This document shows, one piece after another, positions 1-6,476 of a stretch of DNA of 11,737 nucleotides (within the stretch, counting starts at the first letter, position 1; every line of letters begins with the position of its first letter). Under the pieces are notes generated by a model. The model worked only from the letters and a program-made list of their open reading frames with translations, had not been told where the DNA came from and did not search any database. The stretch is from Candidatus Jordarchaeia archaeon. Its GTDB lineage: Archaea > Asgardarchaeota > Jordiarchaeia > Jordiarchaeales > Jordiarchaeaceae. A program made the position numbers and the translations under genes. The stretch covers positions 1 to 11,737 of the forward strand of contig JAHQXB010000015.1 in the NCBI GenBank assembly GCA_029856435.1, read 5' to 3'.

Positions 1-1
1 A

Positions 2-226
2 TTCAGCGGAAAGACGAAGCGGAAGAAAGCCATACTAGCCATCGACCAGCACGACGAACCCTACTACGGAGACTCCCAGTCAGATTACGTGACCACGGGA
101 AAGAGAAAAGAGGGCACCAACCGCTTCTTCAGATTCGCAACCGCCTACGTCTGTGAGGACGGATACCGTTACAACCTGGCGGTGGAAATGATAAAAAAGG
201 AGGCAAAATGGCGGAAATCGCCCTAA
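2..226 (+). pseudogene. ISH3-family transposase, N-terminal catalytic part (open to the window edge, not in the ORF track)
   Basis: Frame +2 translates as FSGKTKRKKAILAIDQHDEPYYGDSQSDYVTTGKRKEGTNRFFRFATAYVCEDGYRYNLAVEMIKKEAKWRKSP*. LAID-x-H-xx-PYYG...GT...AT is the first-Asp region of ISH3-type DDE transposases. Confidence 0.8.
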
Positions 227-777
227 AACTGATAGAACAAGCCCAATGCCTAGTAAAAATAGGCCTAGCAGTACTGGACGGAGCCTTCTACGACACAAAC
301 CTGGTGAGGGAAACCGACCAGAGGGGGATAAAATTCATAATCCGGGGACCAGTGAACGAGCCTATAAAAGGGCTGGTTGAGGAGAACAACCTTCAATCAC
401 TGAAGGAGGGTGAGGGTAAATTCTTTAAATACACCATGAGCTGCCACGAACCTGGAAGGCGCTGCACACACGAAGTCAGGTTGCCCATCTGCCGGAGATA
501 CGGAGAACTCACCGTTTTAATTGCAAACAGGGACTTGAGGAAAGGTGTGAAAGGAGTGATTGCTGTCTTCAACTCCCGGTTCGGCATAGAATCATCCTAC
601 CGGGATGGGCGGCGGTTCCAGTGGCGGACTACATCGAACAGAGACAATTTCCGGGCGGCAATGTTCTTCGTGGGGATCATACTGCAGAACTTTCTCCACC
701 TTTTCCTTAAGCGCATCAAGCAGTGGGGGGAGAACGCCTCCAGAAGCCCAACGTACAATCCTCATCTTCGTACTTAG
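208..777 (+). pseudogene. ISH3-family transposase, C-terminal part (in the -1 frame relative to 2..226)
   Basis: VLDGAFYD carries the second Asp, FNSRFGIESSYR carries the catalytic Glu, and RTTS...R...F...N is the C-terminal signature. It joins the upstream frame through a -1 shift in the A-run at 193-198. Confidence 0.8.
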
Positions 778-1329
778 GATCCTGGTCTGCTTCTACCCAC
801 CAATATAACCCTTGATGAAAAATTAAAAGGGAGGTGATAAAAATATAAAAACAGTTAACAATTCGAAAGTACTGCTAGGGTGACGCATACGTTACTGCGA
901 TGTAGATTTATTCAGCTCCATTTTCCTCATAAAGCTCTAACTCGCGAGCTATGCATTACCCAATAGGTGATAAGGTTAATTGTTTCCCTCCAATTTTGTG
1001 TGGAAAATGCATAGTTTCCTGTTCCTGCAAATAAAAGTATCACGCACATATAAAATCATGGAGAGAAAAATTACTCGATAATAATTGTGGGTAATGCATA
1101 GAAATCGTGAGGGGGATTTATAGACGCCCGTTTTTGACACATAACCAAGCCCTTCTGCACCACCGTGACGTATTTACATAAAAGCAATGCACACCCAAAC
1201 TATGAATGGGCTTTCTTTCCTTGTGGTAAAAATACGTAAATTTTTGGGAGGAGCAACTTTAAAGTATTACCTTTGCTAAAATAACATGATTTATAAGCAA
1301 TCAGTTTATGGATAAAAAGGCGGAAGGAT

Positions 1330-1764
1330 GTGTGGATGGTGGGCTTCCGATTTCTTGAGCACACAGCGGATATTAAGGTGAGAGCTTATGGAAAAACAAT
1401 TAATGAAGCCTTTCAGGAGGCCGCCCGAGCACTCTTTGAGGCAATGACAGATACTTCAAAAATTAATCCAAGGATTAAACGAAAAATTGAAGTAGAAGCG
1501 GAAGATTTGAAGGCATTACTTTATCAGTGGCTAGAAGAATTTATCTACCTGTTTGACTCTGAAGGATTAATTTTTTCAGAGTTTAAGGTAGAAAGCATTC
1601 AACAAAAGGAGGGAATACTAAAGTTAAAGGGCGAAGCCTCAGGCGAAGAATTCGACAGCAAGAAGCATGCACAGAGGTCTGCGATAAAAGCAATAACATA
1701 CCATGAAATGAAAATTGATCAATCGCCCAAAAAAACAACTCTAGAATTTGTATTAGATATCTGA
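1330..1764 (+). CDS. Archease (RtcB RNA-ligase activator / tRNA-processing cofactor)
   Basis: N-terminal FRFLEHTADIKVRAYG, central LLYQWLEEFIYLFD, C-terminal IKAITYH...VLDI. Length 144 aa. The start is GTG 1330 or ATG 1336. Confidence 0.95.
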   Translation: MWMVGFRFLEHTADIKVRAYGKTINEAFQEAARALFEAMTDTSKINPRIKRKIEVEAEDLKALLYQWLEEFIYLFDSEGLIFSEFKVESIQQKEGILKLKGEASGEEFDSKKHAQRSAIKAITYHEMKIDQSPKKTTLEFVLDI

Positions 1765-1796
1765 TTTAATCTATTATAACTTCATAAAAATAATTA

Positions 1797-1967
1797 TGGC
1801 GCCGGGAGTGGGACACTCTGGGAAGCAAGGGTTTCTGGCTTCCATTCGAACCCACGCATCCCTTGCGGGATACTGGCTCTCAAGGCTTACGCTTTAGGGA
1901 AACAACCCATTCAATCAGCGCAGTAATGTGGACTTTCTAGAGGTATTATCCACTTTGCTATCCCGGC
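1797..1967 (-). tRNA. tRNA-Ser(UGA) with encoded CCA and three non-canonical introns (D-loop, 29/30, 59/60)
   Basis: Acceptor stem GCCGGGA/TCCCGGC with discriminator G and CCA. Anticodon arm CTG|GC-CTTGAGA-GCCAG, with TGA at 1882-1880. Long variable arm TATCCCGCAAGGGATGC. T arm GTGGG-TTCGAA|T-CCCAC. Removing 1926-1947, 1887-1915 and 1814-1844 leaves an 89-nt type II cloverleaf. Confidence 0.9.
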
Positions 1968-1995
1968 TACCTATTACTTGATAATGAGTTACGAA

Positions 1996-2007
1996 TATAT
2001 TTATTTC
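1996..2007 (-). promoter_or_regulatory. Candidate BRE/TATA of the tRNA-Ser gene
   Basis: The - strand reads GAAA-TAAATATA, with the TATA-like octamer about 29-36 nt upstream of the mature 5' end. Confidence 0.45.
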
Positions 2008-2099
2008 TAACCTTTTTTGATCAATTATTTCGTTCGACTTCTAATATTTAATGGATGGATAGCAGAATCGGGCAAGGAACATATTTCTATCGATATTGT

Positions 2100-2918
2100 T
2101 TATTTTCGGCTAAGCTGGCTGAGTTCATCGAATATTTCGGGTCTCAAATCTCGTAGTACTGGTGCCGCTATTCTTGAAGCTTTTAGCTCTGAGTAGTCTA
2201 TTGTTGCAGTTATCAAATCTTCTTCGTCATATTTTGCGTTCTTTATTACTGTACCGTCTGGGCCTACTATGCGGCTTCCGCCCCAAAAAACTAGACCATC
2301 TTCAACTCCTACAAGGTTTACATATGCTAAAAAGACGGTGTTTTCCATAGCTCTAGAGGATACAAATGTTTCGAAGTATCTTGTACGAGTGCCAGGTGAG
2401 GCGGAAATACATACTATCAGTTGGGATCCCTTGATAGTTAGCAGGCGAGCAATTTCCGGGAAGAATATATCGTAGCAGATCATTAACCCTATTTTTCCAA
2501 TTTCGGTTTCAAGAACCTGCGTTTCATATCCTTGCCTAAAATACCTTTTTTCTTCGAAAACTAGATGTGTTGGTAGATATTTTTTCCGATATTTTCCAAT
2601 ATACCCCTTGGGGCCCACCATTACCGAGGTGTTGTATAGCACACCTTCCTCTGCTTCTTCCGCCATTCCAAAAATCACATATACACCATTTTTGTTAGCG
2701 ATACTTTCTATTTTTCTCACAGAGGGCCCAGGAATACTTTCTGCTAAGGAGTAATAGTTGTCTCTGCAAGAATAGCCTGTGAGAATAAGTTCTGGAAAGA
2801 TTACTAGTTGTGCTTGTTCACATGCAGCTTCAGATATAGCCTTGTCCATTTTTTGTAAATTTTTTTCTTTGTCTCCGAGTGTAGGAATTATTTGCGCCAA
2901 GGCTAACTTCACTTTCAT
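2100..2918 (-). CDS. Carbon-nitrogen hydrolase (nitrilase superfamily), similar to the glutaminase domain of glutamine-dependent NAD synthetases
   Basis: Triad E43 (FPEL), K112 (YRKK), C148 (ICYD). Loop LPTHLVFEEKRYF. SD GGAGG at 2930-2926. Confidence 0.92.
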   Translation of the reverse strand: MKVKLALAQIIPTLGDKEKNLQKMDKAISEAACEQAQLVIFPELILTGYSCRDNYYSLAESIPGPSVRKIESIANKNGVYVIFGMAEEAEEGVLYNTSVMVGPKGYIGKYRKKYLPTHLVFEEKRYFRQGYETQVLETEIGKIGLMICYDIFFPEIARLLTIKGSQLIVCISASPGTRTRYFETFVSSRAMENTVFLAYVNLVGVEDGLVFWGGSRIVGPDGTVIKNAKYDEEDLITATIDYSELKASRIAAPVLRDLRPEIFDELSQLSRK

Positions 2919-2940
2919 AATTTTTCCTCCAACAGTTTAA

Positions 2941-2958
2941 TATATTTCGAGAAATATA
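2941..2958. promoter_or_regulatory. 8-2-8 inverted repeat TATATTTC-GA-GAAATATA in the 86-bp divergent intergenic region
   Basis: Perfect 8-bp arms, seen directly. Function unknown: it could be an operator or back-to-back TATA elements. Confidence 0.35.
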
Positions 2959-3004
2959 GTAGTTTGATAAACTCTTATAAGTTATATACTGTGGTGGTTT
3001 CAGA

Positions 3005-3847
3005 GTGAAACTCTCACAAGATTTGCTTCGTATAGATCCCGAATTTGTTGAGAAACGCATAGTCAAATTTATTCGCGCTAAAGTCATCGATGCAGGTTTT
3101 TCAGGGGCAGTAATAGGACTAAGTGGAGGTATTGATTCTTCCGTTGTTGCAGCTCTCTGTACTAGAGCATTAGGTCCTGATAAAGTGTTGGGGCTTATGT
3201 TACCTGAGAAAGATAGTGAGCCTAACGATGTTAAAGATGCGTTAAAAATAGCGGAACAACTTAATATACCCTATAAGATAATAGATGTGTCTCCAATAAT
3301 AAATGCTTGTAGGGCTACTTATGTAGAAGACGCCACAGAACCGCCTATAATTATTGGAAATGTGAAGGCCAGGGTGCGCATGATAACACTTTATTACTAT
3401 GCAAATAAGTTACAACGTCTGGTGGTTGGTACAAGTAATAAAAGTGAAATATTAATTGGTTACTTCACCAAATTTGGTGACGGGGCCTCCGACATATTGC
3501 CGATAGGGGATCTCTATAAAACTCAAGTCCGCCAATTGGCAGAGTATCTAAATATTCCAAAAGAAATAATTGACAAAATTCCCACCGCAGGGCTTTGGAA
3601 GGGCCAAACCGACGAATCTGAAATTGGCGTTCCTTACAGTGTACTTGACCTGATACTTTATGGTTTAGAGCATTGGAAGAATGAATCCGAAATTGCCGAA
3701 GAGCTTCAAATACCTATCGAAAAAGTCAACAGAATAGTAGAAATGTGGAGAAGGAGTGAACATAAAAGGATAGGCCCTGTAATCTTTAAAATAGCATACA
3801 GGACTCCCAGTTTAGACTGGAGAGTTCCATTAAATTATTACAGGTAA
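3005..3847 (+). CDS. nadE: NAD+ synthetase (single synthetase domain)
   Basis: GLSGGIDSS PP-loop, GNVKARVRM, GTSNKSE, GYFTKFGDG, DLYKTQV, PTAGLWxGQTDE, HKR. GTG start. Confidence 0.97.
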   Translation: MKLSQDLLRIDPEFVEKRIVKFIRAKVIDAGFSGAVIGLSGGIDSSVVAALCTRALGPDKVLGLMLPEKDSEPNDVKDALKIAEQLNIPYKIIDVSPIINACRATYVEDATEPPIIIGNVKARVRMITLYYYANKLQRLVVGTSNKSEILIGYFTKFGDGASDILPIGDLYKTQVRQLAEYLNIPKEIIDKIPTAGLWKGQTDESEIGVPYSVLDLILYGLEHWKNESEIAEELQIPIEKVNRIVEMWRRSEHKRIGPVIFKIAYRTPSLDWRVPLNYYR

Positions 3848-3869
3848 AATTTTAAAAAGGGGTGAAAAT

Positions 3870-4130
3870 ATGGGGCGTAGAAGAAGAAAAAAAGTACAAA
3901 GAAGACCTGAAAGGCGAATACCTACCGTTTTTGAATGCCCGTCCTGTGGGGAGAATGCTGTGAAAGTGGAAATCAATAAAGTTGAGGAATTAGCAACGGT
4001 GGGTTGCGGCAATTGTGGACTAACTAAAAAGGTAAAAATAACCAAATTGACAGAAACTGTAGATGCATATAGCGAATTTGTAGACGCCTTTTATGAGGGG
4101 GAAAAAGCTGTTTCAAATGAGAGAAAATAA
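3870..4130 (+). CDS. elf1: Transcription elongation factor Elf1 (zinc ribbon)
   Basis: Basic N-terminus MGRRRRKK, FECPSC...CGNCG zinc ribbon, VDAYSEFVD motif. SD-like GGGGTGA just upstream. Confidence 0.93.
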   Translation: MGRRRRKKVQRRPERRIPTVFECPSCGENAVKVEINKVEELATVGCGNCGLTKKVKITKLTETVDAYSEFVDAFYEGEKAVSNERK

Positions 4131-4149
4131 GAATTTTTTCATGGTTCAT

Positions 4150-5070
4150 TTAGAAGAGTAACAGGTATATAGCGAATGCACTAATTGCACCGATGGCCGT
4201 TGCGACGAAATTAACAATGTTATTGTCGATAGCCTTATGGCCTCTCAGATGAACTGTGACCTCTCCGCAATGAATATCGTGCTCAGTTATTTTTCCACAA
4301 ACGGGACATTTGTAGAGTGCTTGAACCGTGGCTCCTATTAAGCTATCTGCAGTACTTCCAATGAACCCTGCACCTACAGCAATTATTATCAACTTTACAC
4401 CAGTTGGTAACCCAAAGTTAAATATATCCAACCAAGGAAACAGGCCAATTCCAAGAAGGTTAAAGTTTTGCATAAGGAAAGCTACGCCACCAGTAATTAG
4501 GCCGCCCATAAGTATTGCAAGCTCTCCGAGAGGTGAGACGCCTCCTGATGTGCCAGGTACAACCTTCTTAGAAAGGTTAGTGATTAGTCTGGGAGGATGA
4601 GGATTTAGTAGGCCTACCTCAGTTGCTAATGTATCCGCAGCAGCAGTAGCTACAGCCCCGATAAAACCTGCGAGGAAAATATCGAATCGCCCTATGGGGA
4701 TAAAGAACAGGCATACCCCCTCCATCACAGCCAGAAAAGCTGCAAGTCCCCCATTCGCGATAACATTTGTCCATGCCCTTGCTCCACCTTTTTCTTGAGC
4801 TGCCCCTAGTTTTCTCTTTCTCTCGTACTTGAACTTTGTGAACGCCGCAGAGACCACGAAGAATGCCAATATGATTAGAAACCAAGCCCAATTACCAAAT
4901 ATCCACACAGCTAAACCTACAACTAGCCCTGCCAGGAACCCCGAAAAATCTACCACACGTAGTTTAATTGAGACAAATCCAAAACCAGCCACCACTGCAA
5001 TACCAATTAAGAGAGAAATTATATTTGTGAATCCTGCATTGAACAGTGGTTCAAACATTTTTTCCTTCAC
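4150..5070 (-). CDS. DUF92/TMEM19-family (TIGR00297-type) integral membrane protein
   Basis: Multiple hydrophobic helices. Motifs EKGGARAWTNVIANG, AAADTLATEVG, GTSGGVS, GSTADSLIGAT, DNNIVNF, plus a CPVCG...HCG insert. The start is GTG 5070 or ATG 5058. Confidence 0.92.
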   Translation of the reverse strand: MKEKMFEPLFNAGFTNIISLLIGIAVVAGFGFVSIKLRVVDFSGFLAGLVVGLAVWIFGNWAWFLIILAFFVVSAAFTKFKYERKRKLGAAQEKGGARAWTNVIANGGLAAFLAVMEGVCLFFIPIGRFDIFLAGFIGAVATAAADTLATEVGLLNPHPPRLITNLSKKVVPGTSGGVSPLGELAILMGGLITGGVAFLMQNFNLLGIGLFPWLDIFNFGLPTGVKLIIIAVGAGFIGSTADSLIGATVQALYKCPVCGKITEHDIHCGEVTVHLRGHKAIDNNIVNFVATAIGAISAFAIYLLLF

Positions 5071-5349
5071 ACACCTATTAGTCTATAGTATTAATACTTG
5101 TTGCAAATTATTAAATGGAGAAATATCTCTTTTTAGACGAATATGTAACATAATTAATGTTTTCTAGTTTTACATACTTTCTAGATAAAAAGTTTTCCCA
5201 AACTTGATACTTTAATTCGTAATATGACGAAATAAAAGAAATTTTTCATAAAAAGTCGAAAAGATAATTACTTTGCATGGTGTGAAAACTAGTTAAAAAT
5301 TATGAAAAGTATATATTCGTGTTTAACAAGCGGTGTTTTTTGAGGCTGA

Positions 5350-6141
5350 ATGACCCTAAAACTTTATAAAAACGCACAGATATACAAATCCAGAAATATT
5401 AGGAAGAGTTTAAAAGAGATGCCTAAAGTAATTTGCGTCTCCCCCGCGTACAATGAAGAAAAAACAGTCGCTAAAGTAGTGCAAGCGGCTCTAAAATATT
5501 CTGAAGGAGTAATAGTTGTAGATGATGGAAGTACGGATAGTACCTATGAAGAGGCGAAAAAAGCGGGGGCTACAGTTGTTCGGCACTATAAAAACCTAGG
5601 CAAAGGAGCCGCTTTAAAAACAGGTTTCAAAGAAGCTTTAAAGATGGGAGCGGACATAGTAATTGTTTTAGATGCAGATTTGCAACACAATCCAGAAGAA
5701 ATACCCAAACTGCTTAAAACTATGGAGAGGGAAAACGCAGATATAGTGGTAGGTTCAAGATTCCTTGGCGTAATAAAGGGTATGCCACGAATACGAATTC
5801 TGAGTAATAAGTTAACCACAAGTATTTTACGCTTATACTTCAAACTACCAACTACAGATAGCCAAAGCGGTTTTAGAGCGTACAAAAGACGAACTTTGGA
5901 ACAAGTTGAATTTTCAGCCCCTAGATTTTCTGCTGAAACAGAGATACTAATTGATGCTCATAGGAAAGGCTTCAGAATCTCAGAAACAAAAATTCAGACA
6001 ATATACGGAGAAGAAAAATCTAAAATGCGGAATTTTGAAGACACTATACGTTGGATCTGGGATGTGGATAAGCAGTTAATTAAAACGCTCATTTATAAAA
6101 GGGTATATAACAATAAGCCAAGCCTTAATAGATACCATTAA
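5350..6141 (+). CDS. Family 2 glycosyltransferase, DPM1/polyprenol-phosphate glycosyltransferase-like
   Basis: PAYNEE, VVDDGSTD, NLGKGAA, DADLQH (DxD), GSRF, DSQSGFRAY. No obvious C-terminal transmembrane helices. The real start may be ATG 5419 (MPKVICV). Confidence 0.93.
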   Translation: MTLKLYKNAQIYKSRNIRKSLKEMPKVICVSPAYNEEKTVAKVVQAALKYSEGVIVVDDGSTDSTYEEAKKAGATVVRHYKNLGKGAALKTGFKEALKMGADIVIVLDADLQHNPEEIPKLLKTMERENADIVVGSRFLGVIKGMPRIRILSNKLTTSILRLYFKLPTTDSQSGFRAYKRRTLEQVEFSAPRFSAETEILIDAHRKGFRISETKIQTIYGEEKSKMRNFEDTIRWIWDVDKQLIKTLIYKRVYNNKPSLNRYH

Positions 6142-6367
6142 TCCTTTGAATCGGCAATTTTTCATTTATTATTATGTGCTTTATCTGGCGCGCTTTTCCC
6201 CTATAATTGAGAAAAACGGCTTTTTGCCTATTTCAGCAAATTAGGAAATAAAAAACACGTACCAGCCAGCAGCACATCTACTTAATAAGTAATGTTTTTG
6301 TTGCGGACTTGAAGACACAGTTTCCTCATTTTTAACATCTTTGTGTAGAAAAGGGAGGGCGGACGAA

Positions 6368-6442
6368 ATGCCGAGGCGAGCTAAGGGCAAGGCACATCAC
6401 ACAAAACTAGCGCCATGGAGTGTTATTCGAAAATATGGATAA
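6368..6442 (+). CDS. Small basic protein, 24 aa: MPRRAKGKAHHTKLAPWSVIRKYG
   Basis: ATG with GGAGG at 6354-6358 (9-nt spacer). Lies wholly in intergenic space, in a GC-richer patch than its surroundings. Seven K/R and no acidic residues. Too short for the supplied ORF track. Confidence 0.55.
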   Translation: MPRRAKGKAHHTKLAPWSVIRKYG

Positions 6443-6476
6443 AAATGGAAGTTTTAAATTGCGAGGGGGGAATATT

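Larger units (their letters stand above)
1..874 (+). mobile_element. ISH3-family (IS4-like DDE) insertion sequence, 5'-truncated by the window edge; right end near 874
   Basis: Transposase motifs in two frames (see the next two features). The region is visibly more GC-rich than the host block. 861-874 reads CAGTACTTTCGAAT on the - strand, and a CAGTA terminus is the type I recall for ISH3-family inverted repeats. The left end lies outside the window, so the inverted repeat pair and target duplication cannot be confirmed. Confidence 0.75.

Noticed and set aside
80-808. ORFs 80..298(-), 393..587(-) and 605..808(+)
   Set aside because: These are shadow frames of the transposase. 605..808 could at most contribute a frameshifted C-terminal tail.
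949-1101. CRISPR array
   Set aside because: Only three short copies, in mixed orientation with irregular spacing, and no cas genes in the window.
1870-1890. tRNA-Leu (CAA) suggested by 'ctcaag' on the + strand
   Set aside because: The gene is on the - strand. The loop is CT-TGA-GA and the discriminator is G, both consistent with Ser.
1887-1920. Alternative 34-nt 29/30 intron starting after the first ACTG
   Set aside because: It leaves no D-stem 3' strand. Using TGC-G-CTG as exon restores GCA/TGC pairing and gives a proper GCGC/GCGU central helix.
2162-3087. ORFs 2162..2350, 2269..2475 and 2830..3087
   Set aside because: Antisense or overlapping shadows of the hydrolase and nadE, with no motifs.
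3830-5885. ORFs 3830..4045, 4328..4600, 4619..4891, 4829..5167 and 5586..5885
   Set aside because: Antisense shadows of elf1, DUF92 and GT2.
6345-6445. C/D-box sRNA or other structured RNA in the GC-rich intergenic patch
   Set aside because: No RUGAUGA/CUGA box pair or clear terminal stem is visible. The SD-plus-ORF reading explains the patch better.
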